Positions 46,713 through 55,528 of a stretch of 64,000 bases of DNA are shown in pieces. A program made the position numbers and the translations under genes. The first letter of the stretch is position 1. Every line of letters begins with the position of its first letter. The notes below the pieces were generated by a model, which ran no database searches, was not told the DNA's origin, and saw only the letters and a program-made list of their open reading frames with translations. The DNA comes from an uncultured Pseudomonadales bacterium (lineage in GTDB: Bacteria; Patescibacteriota; Microgenomatia; UBA1400; UBA12028). Location of the stretch: the NCBI GenBank assembly GCA_964635905.1, contig CAZWPK010000001.1, positions 4,894-68,893 of the forward strand. The letters are read 5' to 3'.

Positions 46713-48545
46713 TTGATACAATACCCCCTCATGCATCCAATTTTTAGAATCCTCTCCTTTACGAAGCACTTATGGAAACTCTATGTTTTCATGGGTTTAT
46801 TTGTGATCGCAACGTCGATGTTGTCGCTCGTGTCGCCGCTTCTTTCAAAACAAATCGTCGATACGATTGTTGCCCATTTTAGTGGCAATGCTCAAAACAT
46901 TTCTAGAATAGTCTGGATATTAGGGGCAATCCTACTTGCGGATGTGACGAGTACCGTCTTAACAGCGTACGGACAATGGATTGGAGATCAGTTGGGAGAA
47001 AAACTTCAAACGCATTTAAGCTCCTCCTTTTACAAGCATGTCCTTTCATTACACATTGGCTATTTTGATAACGAGATCACCGGTAAGATCACGAATAAGA
47101 TGACACGCGGCATTGCTAGCATTACTGATTTCATTCAAAACATGCTCAATAATTTCTTGCCATTCTTTTTAACGGCATTTGTCACAATTTTGTTGCTTTC
47201 TCGGTACTCCTTGGTGATTGCAGTCTTTTTGGCAGTGTTGTTTCCCCTGTATATTGTCATTTCCCATCAATCAACAAAAGTGTGGGGCATGTTTGCCGAG
47301 AAAGAAAACAAAATCCGCGATCAAGCATTCGGCAGAGTCTCGGAGAGTCTCACTGGAATCCGTGTCGTGAAAGCCTTCGTGGGCATTTCGCAGGAGATTG
47401 AGTCCTTCATTCAAGCGCGAACCGAAATTCAGAAACTCGCCAAGGAAAAAACCCGCATTTGGCACTGGTATGATTTTGTCCGAAGAATAACCTTAAACGT
47501 CATTTTGTTTGCGATTTTTGCCTACATCGTTTACTGGACCTTTCATGGACGTTTTACGATCGGTGAGATGACGCTGTTAATTCAACTCGTCAATCAGGCA
47601 CGATTCCCCTTGTTTGCAATGTCTTTTATTTTAGGCCAGATTCAGCAAGCGAGCAGTGGCTCCAAAGATTTCTTTGATGTGTTAGCTACTCCAACCAAAA
47701 TTACAGATGCCTCAGCTGCAGTATCACTAGAATGGAAATCGGGTTTTGATAGACAAGAAACGCTGATTGAATTTAAGGATGTCTCCTTTAGCTATGATGA
47801 TGATAAGAAGGTATTAAACGGAATTAACTTCCACATTCGGCCAAAGGCAAAGTTTGCGTTAGTGGGAGAATCAGGACAAGGGAAATCAACAATCGTTAAC
47901 TTGTTACTGCGCTTTTATGAACCTCAGGGTGGAACGATTTCCATCAATGGTCAAGATATTGCCAAAGTAACACAGAAATCATTGCATCAGAGTATTGCCG
48001 TCGTGTTCCAGGAATCTCTACTTTTCTCCGGGACGATTATTGAGAATATTCGCTATGGGAAACCTGGTGCCACGCAAAAAGAAGTAATCGCCGCTGCCAA
48101 AGCTGCCAATGCGCATGAATTTATTGAAACTCTCTCCAACGGCTATGATAGTGTCGTCGGTGAACGAGGGGTGAAGCTATCTGGAGGTCAAAAGCAACGG
48201 ATTGCGATTGCTCGTGCTATGCTGGCTGATAGTCCAATCATCATCCTGGACGAAGCAACGAGTGCATTGGATAGTAAATCCGAGCTTCTTGTCCAAGAAG
48301 GACTAGAACGACTGTTGAAGGGTAGAACTTCAATTATCATTGCGCATCGACTCTCAACGATTGCCAATGCCGACCACATCCTCGTACTTTCCGAAGGGAA
48401 AGTGGCAGAGCAGGGGACCTCGACAGAACTACTGGCAAAAAAAGATGGAATGTACCGAGGACTTGTTGAACTGCAATCCCAGTTACTAACAGCTCCTTCC
48501 GACAAGAAGAAAGAAAAGCTGAAGAAATTTGATTTGGTGGGATAG
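46713..48545 (+). CDS. ABC transporter, fused permease/ATPase exporter (MsbA/ABCB type)
   Basis: 6-TM N-terminal domain. Walker A GESGQGKST. Signature LSGGQKQRIAIARAM. Walker B IIILDEATSALD. H-loop IIAHRL. Confidence 0.85.
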   Translation: MIQYPLMHPIFRILSFTKHLWKLYVFMGLFVIATSMLSLVSPLLSKQIVDTIVAHFSGNAQNISRIVWILGAILLADVTSTVLTAYGQWIGDQLGEKLQTHLSSSFYKHVLSLHIGYFDNEITGKITNKMTRGIASITDFIQNMLNNFLPFFLTAFVTILLLSRYSLVIAVFLAVLFPLYIVISHQSTKVWGMFAEKENKIRDQAFGRVSESLTGIRVVKAFVGISQEIESFIQARTEIQKLAKEKTRIWHWYDFVRRITLNVILFAIFAYIVYWTFHGRFTIGEMTLLIQLVNQARFPLFAMSFILGQIQQASSGSKDFFDVLATPTKITDASAAVSLEWKSGFDRQETLIEFKDVSFSYDDDKKVLNGINFHIRPKAKFALVGESGQGKSTIVNLLLRFYEPQGGTISINGQDIAKVTQKSLHQSIAVVFQESLLFSGTIIENIRYGKPGATQKEVIAAAKAANAHEFIETLSNGYDSVVGERGVKLSGGQKQRIAIARAMLADSPIIILDEATSALDSKSELLVQEGLERLLKGRTSIIIAHRLSTIANADHILVLSEGKVAEQGTSTELLAKKDGMYRGLVELQSQLLTAPSDKKKEKLKKFDLVG

Positions 48546-48854
48546 TTAGTATCGGGGGGGAGGCAGAAAACCTGTTCGATCTCTAGTAAAAAGCTCCCAA
48601 GTTTGATTTGGCGTAAAATTCATGTCCTGCATCTTCATATTCAGTTTATTAATGAGGGCGACTAATATCACCCGTACCTCATACTGTTGCAAATTTCCCA
48701 AATCAAATGAACTCTCTCTATGGGTTTTGCTCAATTCTCCATCCGGATTAACAACGATCAATTCACCGACCCAATTTCCCCTCTCCAGAGCTGCAAAAAC
48801 AGAAAAGTGTTTTGAATAACCACCATTAACAACAACTTTTTCTTGCGATGCCAT
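48546..48854 (-). CDS. hypothetical protein (102 aa)
   Basis: GGAGGT RBS 6 nt upstream of the ATG. No recognisable motif. Confidence 0.4.
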   Translation of the reverse strand: MASQEKVVVNGGYSKHFSVFAALERGNWVGELIVVNPDGELSKTHRESSFDLGNLQQYEVRVILVALINKLNMKMQDMNFTPNQTWELFTRDRTGFLPPPRY

Positions 48855-48991
48855 ATCAATACCTCCGATTAGTAGAGAAGATATATACCTGCTGTAAAGC
48901 AGATAGCAAAATCATAGGATACCAATCATTTTGGTGAGTCAAATTAATGGGAAACCAGGTTCGAGGTTTGGGAAAGTTAATAAACGAACCC

Positions 48992-49312
48992 TTACTCTTT
49001 AAGTGCGGAGCGAAGACCAGAAATTGCAGCTAATTCCTTCCAATAAAAACTGTTCTTTAGAAATTGCTGATCAATTTTATAACCGTCCCTAGTTATCCAA
49101 TCAGGATCGACAAAAATTCTTGCTGCATCAGTGGGATTAATATCTCCAATGAACTTCTTGTACTCGTCAAGGACATGCGCCCCAATTACAATCTTTTCTT
49201 GATCTGTATAAGGTTGGATTGTTGCGCCTGTCGGGATTTCACTTATCATGAGAATTCTAGTTGGGTGCTCTATTGGTAATCTAGATTCGAACAATCGTCT
49301 TAAAAAGTCCAT
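48992..49312 (-). CDS. hypothetical protein (106 aa)
   Basis: GAAAGGA RBS upstream of the ATG. No recognisable motif. Confidence 0.4.
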   Translation of the reverse strand: MDFLRRLFESRLPIEHPTRILMISEIPTGATIQPYTDQEKIVIGAHVLDEYKKFIGDINPTDAARIFVDPDWITRDGYKIDQQFLKNSFYWKELAAISGLRSALKE

Positions 49313-49407
49313 AATGATCCTTTCAAGACCATTCTACCAAGCTAAAAAGCAATACGCATTGGCTTAAATTTCTCACCCTTTAAATCTTCAAAATAGGCTT
49401 GTAGGAT

Positions 49408-50826
49408 GTGCAGATGAGTAGTAAGTCCCTTTTTATCTGTCAGAACTGTGGCTATGAATCCCCCAAGTGGGCAGGACAATGTTCCAGCTGTAATCAATGG
49501 AACTCCTTTGTAGAGACAGCAGTGGTGCCATCGAAATCAAAAGGGAGGTCCACATCCCCATCCGCACAACCTGTCATTCGCTTTTCGCAGGTAGATCAAA
49601 ACTCCTATCACCTGCGACGTTTACCTACCCGGATGCAAGAATTCGATCGTGTCTTGGGTGGCGGTATCGTGTTTGGTTCGGTAGTGCTCATCGGTGGGGA
49701 GCCGGGGATTGGTAAGTCTACTCTACTTACTCACTTAACGATAAATACTTTGATCAACCAACCTAAAACAACTGGGGAAAATGACGCTAAAAACGATCAC
49801 AATTCTGTAAGTAATACCGTACTCTATGTGGCTGGAGAGGAAAGTCCGGAACAGATTGCGCTCCGTGTGTCGCGCATGCAAGAAGGTAAAAGCGCAGCCC
49901 GAGACTGGCGTGAGAACTTGTTATTTACCCCCGCAACGGATGTCGATGAGATTGTAGCGACAATTGAGCACGAGCGACCCACTCTGGTGATTGTCGATAG
50001 TATTCAGACACTCTCGACCCAGGATTTGACGGGTGCGACAGGCTCTATCGGGCAACTCAAAGAATGTACCGAGCGACTTACCAGGGTAGCAAAGCGCTTA
50101 CACATCCCCATCTTCCTGGTTGGCCACGTCACCAAAGAGGGCTCGATCGCCGGGCCAAAAGTCCTCGAGCACATGGTCGACGCGGTCTTGGAACTAGCGG
50201 GGGAACGAACCGGGCAGTATCGTACGCTGCGTGCGATTAAAAACCGATTTGGTGCCACTGACGAGGTTGGTATTTTTGTGCATACGGAAGAAGGACTAAT
50301 TGAAGTAACGAACCCCTCGCAGGCATTCCTGGAAGAACGTGTTGAGGGTACTCCCGGATCTGCCATAGTCTGTGTTCTCGAGGGAACGCGACCCGTATTA
50401 GTCGAAGTCCAAGCTTTAGTGATTCGCACCCAATTAGCCATGCCACGTCGAGTCGCTCGAGGAATTGCACTGCCAAAACTGCAAGTCATTTGTGCGGTTC
50501 TTGAGAAATACTGCAATATTCCCTTAGGACAATGTGATGTGTTTGTAAACGTTGCCGGAGGACTGACATTAACAGAACCTGCTGTTGATCTGGGTATCGC
50601 CGTTGCTTGTATTTCCTCTTTTTCCAATACCCCCACTGCAAAGGGCAGTGTCTATGTAGGGGAGGTGGGTCTATTGGGTGAAGTCCGCAATGTTCGCTTT
50701 TTAGAAAAGCGCATGAATGAAAGCAAACGCCTAGGTTTCTCCAAAGTCATTGGTCCGAAAGAAATAAAGACCGTACGCGAGCTTTCCAATCGACTCAAAG
50801 GGAAAGCAGCCCCTCTTCAAGTCTAA
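49408..50826 (+). CDS. radA: DNA repair protein RadA (Sms)
   Basis: N-terminal C4 zinc finger (CQNCGYESPKWAGQCSSCNQW). Walker A GEPGIGKST. KNRFG motif. Lon-protease-like C-terminal domain. Confidence 0.9.
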   Translation: MQMSSKSLFICQNCGYESPKWAGQCSSCNQWNSFVETAVVPSKSKGRSTSPSAQPVIRFSQVDQNSYHLRRLPTRMQEFDRVLGGGIVFGSVVLIGGEPGIGKSTLLTHLTINTLINQPKTTGENDAKNDHNSVSNTVLYVAGEESPEQIALRVSRMQEGKSAARDWRENLLFTPATDVDEIVATIEHERPTLVIVDSIQTLSTQDLTGATGSIGQLKECTERLTRVAKRLHIPIFLVGHVTKEGSIAGPKVLEHMVDAVLELAGERTGQYRTLRAIKNRFGATDEVGIFVHTEEGLIEVTNPSQAFLEERVEGTPGSAIVCVLEGTRPVLVEVQALVIRTQLAMPRRVARGIALPKLQVICAVLEKYCNIPLGQCDVFVNVAGGLTLTEPAVDLGIAVACISSFSNTPTAKGSVYVGEVGLLGEVRNVRFLEKRMNESKRLGFSKVIGPKEIKTVRELSNRLKGKAAPLQV

Positions 50827-51072
50827 CCCACCGTCACTCTGCGGTAATATTCGACCTTTTCCTCTGGAATAATGGAGGTTTTCCACAGTTCATGCGACGA
50901 ATGTGCGCATAAGAATCGGCGCCCCACAAACTTACTCACAACAGGGTACATGTTATCCACGTTCTAAACTGGCCCTTGCATTAGTGTGGAAAACTTTGTA
51001 AAAATCAGAGTCAACATCTCGAATACAATTATTACAGGAGAAGTACTCTGTAGTGAAGGAATAGTTATAGGA

Positions 51073-51101
51073 TTGACAAAATCAGAATAAAAAGTTATAC
51101 T
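51073..51101 (+). promoter_or_regulatory. consensus sigma-70-type promoter TTGACA-17-TATACT
   Basis: TTGACA at 51073-51078, 17-nt spacer, TATACT at 51096-51101. Lies about 240 nt upstream of the Thr/Pro-rich protein gene in an AT-rich intergenic region. Confidence 0.4.
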
Positions 51102-51343
51102 TGCGTTAACGAAATCCTGAGTAGAATTGTAAGAAGTTATAACTCTACTGGAAATAAAAAAACTCTCCACCTGAATAAGGAAGAGAGCATAAAAAAAGCA
51201 TTACTACCGCTGACCTTGGAAGACACGAGTAGCAATGCTTTATAAGTTAAGAATCCTAACCCTATTTATCGTCAACCTAAGGTTGGGTTTCTTGTCTATC
51301 AACGTACCAAACTTTGACATGTAAGTCAAGGGAAGGCAACACT

Positions 51344-53698
51344 ATGTCACGATCTCACAGAAGCTATGAAAGTACCGCGGCATTAGCAGGCCGAAGAGAT
51401 GTTAATATTAACGCAGTGCTTCAAGCACGCAATCCAAATGAGATGCGTTTTGATGATGTGACGTCTACAGTTATAGTCGAAGGGAAAAAGTATCACTTCC
51501 CACGTTGGATTTTCCTAATATTGATGCTATCCATGGCCGGCTGTTTTCAGCAGGCTGGAGCTTCTCAAGTTCCCACAGAAACACCGGAATTAAGACACGA
51601 ACCCACTGAGACTCTTTCGTTACAATCTCCAACCCCAACAACAAACTTTAATGAACTGTTTGCTCAAGCTACCCAGTCAGCACTCGAAAATCAAAGTGAT
51701 GTTGCAACTGTTGTAGCAGGTGCAACCCAATCGGCATTAGAAACACGACAAGTTTTAGTGAATGATGCCCAGCATGTGTTGGCATCCGAAACACCAGCCG
51801 CAACTCAGGATGGCAGAATTGCCACATTACTAGCCTTAGCTACTGACTTAGAAGGAACTCAATCGGCACAAAACGCTGACCACTCTGCCGATTCCGCATT
51901 AATTGCTGGGGATACAGAAACAGCCACCCCAACGCCGGAAGTAGTTCGCCCTCAGACAGCTTCTCAACAAAGAGAAGCTCCTGTTGTTGCAGAAAATACA
52001 GTTTGGGAAGGTGTGAATTTAGACTCTGATAATCATTCAGCCGAATTCGCTCCTGAAGTGGTTCGTTTCATTCAGGATGAATTTCAGAATCCTACCGCTG
52101 AAGAAGACAATACTTTTATCACAAACTTAACCAATCCTCATGATGAAGATTTAACCCATGGCAATGACCGGATCACTCCAGATAATGAAGATGAGCCTGG
52201 ACTTGGGTTTACTGAGGGAGCAATAGCTCAACTTTCTACCGTAACTGGTGAAGCACGATTACAGATGCCTATTGAAAATGTCTTAGTGGCCAATGGCGCA
52301 GGAACAGGCGAGGTTACAACCTTCTCCATCGGAGCAGCGCATGATCATCAATTCTCATCTTTGATTACTGCTGCAGGAATGGTGTACGAATTACATAAGG
52401 AAGCCATCTTAACCAGCATAAGCGGAGTAGAAGAATTTCAAGACGGCCTTACCGTGGAAGAGTTTTTAACTGATCCGCGTTTTCAATCCTTTAGACCTGA
52501 AATCAATGGAACACGAGCGGATCTTGAAGCAGAATATATTTGTGAAGTTTTACCTCTTTCGGAGGGTGAACAGTTTCGTAGAACGACTACGGATACAGAT
52601 ATCGCCTTTGATGGAAGCAACTGGATGGAAGAAAACGGCTACTCTGCATCTTCCAATCAATGGAACGCGACTATTGTGAGCAATGAGCCTGTTGGAGAAG
52701 ATGTGTCTCGACAAGATCAAGTACAAACACTCCAAGGTGTCGAGTTTAGAGATCAAAATGTGGATCCAGAAAGCACAACTTATACACCAGCAGAAAACCT
52801 GGAATTTCAAAGTGATTTCACTCCGCTTGCCTTTGGAGCAACACTAATTGTTGATGGTCCAGAAAAAGGTGAATCGGATCTTGATGTCTTTTCACTAGGA
52901 ATTTTAAATTCTCCTGATGGTAATCCTATTGAAGGATCGAATTTTGCAGCGATGTTTAATGAGCTGCAACGTTGTGGACGACGTGGTGAAGCTCCAACTG
53001 TGACTCCGACGGAGACGGCGATAGCTCCAACTGGGGAACGAGCCACTGATGTTTCCCCTAGTGATACACCAGTGTTTACGAGTACTGTAGTAGCCTCAAC
53101 TGAAACACCAACCCCAACACGTACCCTAGTTCCAAATACGATTACTCCGGCTCCAACAAACACGCATGACTTTACTCCAGTTCCTAGTCAAATAGCCACA
53201 AGAGGGGTAACTCCAACAGATGTTCCTGTAGAACCATCTGAAACACCAGTGCCAACAAGAACATCTACGACGAGACCGACAAATACGAACACTCCTCGAC
53301 CCACAGCGACCGAGACTCGTTTACCGCCTGCTACGCCAACGGAGAGGCCAACAAATACGGCGACAACCGTTCCTCCAACGGAGACTCCTCGACCTACGGC
53401 AACTCGAACAGCTGTTCCCACAGCGACCGAGACTCGTTTACCGCCTGCTACTCCAACGGAGAGGCCAACGAATACGCCGACAAGGATTCCACCTACGGAG
53501 ACACTACGACCAACAAACACCGCGACAACCGTTCCTCCGACTGAGACCCCTTGGCCAACGGCTACAGTAACGCCGGTTCCTACCGAAGTCCAGCCAACAC
53601 CTACGTTTGCACCGACAAATACGGATGTATTTCCGACGTTGCCTCCAGTCGAGCCAACCCCAGGAGTTACGCCTACAGACATTCCAATCGATGGTTAA
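51344..53698 (+). CDS. membrane-anchored or secreted protein with an acidic central region and a C-terminal Thr/Pro-rich tandem-repeat region
   Basis: AGGGAAGG RBS before the ATG at 51344. N-terminal hydrophobic segment WIFLILMLSMAGCF. A 39-aa repeat PTERPTNTATTVPPTETPRPTATRTAVPTATETRLPPAT. No LPXTG motif. Confidence 0.6.
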   Translation: MSRSHRSYESTAALAGRRDVNINAVLQARNPNEMRFDDVTSTVIVEGKKYHFPRWIFLILMLSMAGCFQQAGASQVPTETPELRHEPTETLSLQSPTPTTNFNELFAQATQSALENQSDVATVVAGATQSALETRQVLVNDAQHVLASETPAATQDGRIATLLALATDLEGTQSAQNADHSADSALIAGDTETATPTPEVVRPQTASQQREAPVVAENTVWEGVNLDSDNHSAEFAPEVVRFIQDEFQNPTAEEDNTFITNLTNPHDEDLTHGNDRITPDNEDEPGLGFTEGAIAQLSTVTGEARLQMPIENVLVANGAGTGEVTTFSIGAAHDHQFSSLITAAGMVYELHKEAILTSISGVEEFQDGLTVEEFLTDPRFQSFRPEINGTRADLEAEYICEVLPLSEGEQFRRTTTDTDIAFDGSNWMEENGYSASSNQWNATIVSNEPVGEDVSRQDQVQTLQGVEFRDQNVDPESTTYTPAENLEFQSDFTPLAFGATLIVDGPEKGESDLDVFSLGILNSPDGNPIEGSNFAAMFNELQRCGRRGEAPTVTPTETAIAPTGERATDVSPSDTPVFTSTVVASTETPTPTRTLVPNTITPAPTNTHDFTPVPSQIATRGVTPTDVPVEPSETPVPTRTSTTRPTNTNTPRPTATETRLPPATPTERPTNTATTVPPTETPRPTATRTAVPTATETRLPPATPTERPTNTPTRIPPTETLRPTNTATTVPPTETPWPTATVTPVPTEVQPTPTFAPTNTDVFPTLPPVEPTPGVTPTDIPIDG
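53304..53537 (+). repeat. 117-bp in-frame tandem direct repeats (2 copies plus partial), encoding a Thr/Pro-rich 39-aa unit
   Basis: cagcgaccgagactcgtttaccgcctgctac... recurs at 53304 and 53421. There are shorter sub-repeats internally. Confidence 0.6.
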
Positions 53699-53712
53699 TA
53701 TAAGGAGAAACT

Positions 53713-55452
53713 ATGAAATTTTTGAATAAATTTAAATTAGCAGTACTCGGAATCTTGGTTTTGATAACCGGATTCGTGTTCCAACCAACATTACTCAAAG
53801 TACTTGCGGACGGAACCACATTTCAAGCATCGCAAATTGTTGACGGTGCAAACATCACTGCTGGTGACACCGCTTTTCATGATCCTATCACCGCAAACAA
53901 AGGAGATGCCGTATCATTACGTCTGAAAGTGGTCAATGAAGGTGATCAAGTTGCAACCAACACTGTGGTTAAATTTGACCTTTCTAATCCTCAACAGCCA
54001 ACCGGATCTGTTGTTGCAAGTAATGCACAAGAGCGATCCGATGTGGCATTAATGACTCCATCCGGAGCTACCTTGCAATTCCAATCCGGAAGTGCAAAGA
54101 AGTTTGGTCCAGGATGTACTAGTGGATGTGTCATTGGTGATGAAATTGTAACTTCAGGTATCTCTTTGGGAAATGTAAACCCAGGAGGAGTCGATAGTTA
54201 CCAAATTCGAATTAAAGTAGTTGTCGTCGGAGATCCAGTCCCATCGGTTGGGAAATTTAAATCTGGAAACATCTTTGATGGTGGTGATCGTACTTTACGA
54301 TTACAAGAATGGGTCGATCCCATCACAGCTAACTCTGGTGATGTTATTGAATTCCGTACAATGGTAGTCAATGAAGGAAATGCAGATATTTCAAACGTAA
54401 AAGTACGTGCTGAACTACCAACTGCTGATTCAATGACACCTACAGCAAAAACTTTTGTCACTGGGGCAAGTGCAGATATGGTTTCCGATACTGCAACTGT
54501 GAACTTGTCTGGAACAAACCCTCAACATCTAGTTTATTTAGCTGGTCATGCTCGAATGTTTGGACCAAGATGTGAAAATGGTTGTGTATTGCCAGATACG
54601 ATTGCGCAAACTGGAATTAACGTAGGAACTGTAAAGCCAGGCACGGCCAATTCCTATCAGGTGTTATTCAAGGCAAGTTTAACGAATAACGTCCGACCGA
54701 CAGCCACACCAACAGCAACGCCTACGGCTACACCGACGGCTACCCCAACTGCCACACCAACAGCAACGCCTACGGCTACACCGACCGCAACTCCAACTGC
54801 CACACCAACAGCAACGCCTACGGCTACACCGACCGCAACTCCAACTGCGACACCAACGGCTACGCCAAGTCCAACACCTACTGCAACACCACTGTTAGTG
54901 TGTAACGCAGTCTGTACGGACAATAACCAGTGTGCCCCAGGATTAGTCTGTTACCAAGATGGCAACACGAAATATTGTCGCCACCCAGATAACTTGGGAA
55001 GTAACAGTTGTGATACCCGTAAAACAGGTGGATTCTTGATCCGTAAGTACCATGACCAAAATGGTGATGGATACCAGAACAACGGTGAAAAAGGACTTTC
55101 ATGGAAGTTCCAATGGGATCAAAACGCGGATAACAACTGGCGCGATTATGAAACCTTTGAGAACTCTCTTGGAGAAGGTGGCGTCGTCACTCTTCCTGAA
55201 GGAACTCAAGTTCGTATTCGAGAAAAAGGCCAAGATGGATGGACAGCAACGACCCCAACAGAAGTCACCATCTACATCAAAAAAGGTGATAACCAGTTGA
55301 TGGTCTTTGGAAACTGGAGAGGAAAGCCACAAGTGCTAGGAACCACAACTGTTTCTACACTGCCAAAAACTGGTGCAACACTGTTCATCGGACTGGCATC
55401 CTCCGCAACCATGGCTTTAGTCGGTGCCTACTTGCACCGCAAAGGTCTATAA
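53713..55452 (+). CDS. LPXTG-anchored cell-surface protein with two DUF11-type repeat domains, a (TPTA)n linker and an SdrD-B/CnaB-like C-terminal domain
   Basis: Signal peptide. Duplicated FGP(G/R)C..GCV...G(I/T)..G.V.PG...SYQ blocks. TPTA repeated about 12 times. DQNGDGYQNNGEKG calcium-binding-like motif. C-terminal LPKTG plus hydrophobic segment plus HRKGL. Confidence 0.75.
   Translation: MKFLNKFKLAVLGILVLITGFVFQPTLLKVLADGTTFQASQIVDGANITAGDTAFHDPITANKGDAVSLRLKVVNEGDQVATNTVVKFDLSNPQQPTGSVVASNAQERSDVALMTPSGATLQFQSGSAKKFGPGCTSGCVIGDEIVTSGISLGNVNPGGVDSYQIRIKVVVVGDPVPSVGKFKSGNIFDGGDRTLRLQEWVDPITANSGDVIEFRTMVVNEGNADISNVKVRAELPTADSMTPTAKTFVTGASADMVSDTATVNLSGTNPQHLVYLAGHARMFGPRCENGCVLPDTIAQTGINVGTVKPGTANSYQVLFKASLTNNVRPTATPTATPTATPTATPTATPTATPTATPTATPTATPTATPTATPTATPTATPTATPSPTPTATPLLVCNAVCTDNNQCAPGLVCYQDGNTKYCRHPDNLGSNSCDTRKTGGFLIRKYHDQNGDGYQNNGEKGLSWKFQWDQNADNNWRDYETFENSLGEGGVVTLPEGTQVRIREKGQDGWTATTPTEVTIYIKKGDNQLMVFGNWRGKPQVLGTTTVSTLPKTGATLFIGLASSATMALVGAYLHRKGL
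54695..54891 (+). repeat. 12-nt-period tandem repeat (ACNCCNACNGCN) of about 16 units, encoding (TPTA)n
   Basis: Read directly. It is a coding microsatellite-like array inside the LPXTG protein gene. Confidence 0.7.
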
Positions 55453-55470
55453 CAATTGACGTACAACAAG

Positions 55471-55498
55471 CAGGGCGTCTCTAACCCGAGACGCCCTG
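55471..55498 (+). terminator. 11-bp perfect stem-loop (CAGGGCGTCTC-taaccc-GAGACGCCCTG) between the surface-protein and sortase genes. It has no T-tract, so it is possibly a partial terminator or RNA-processing element.
   Basis: Read directly. Confidence 0.4.
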
Positions 55499-55528
55499 GT
55501 TGAAAACAACAACTAGACATACTGCCCT

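Noticed and set aside
52807-53682. Minus-strand ORFs 52807-53163 and 53188-53682 encoding Gly/Val/Thr-rich peptides
   Set aside because: They are reverse-complement reading frames of the Thr/Pro-rich tandem repeats. Low-complexity repeats keep the antisense frames open. No start context. Spurious.
54695-54891. Regular short tandem repeats that could superficially suggest a CRISPR-like array
   Set aside because: The period is 12 nt with no spacers. It is in-frame within a long ORF and encodes TPTA repeats. Not CRISPR.
54657-54923. Minus-strand ORF encoding (VAVG)n
   Set aside because: Antisense frame of the (TPTA)n coding repeat inside the LPXTG protein gene. Artefact.
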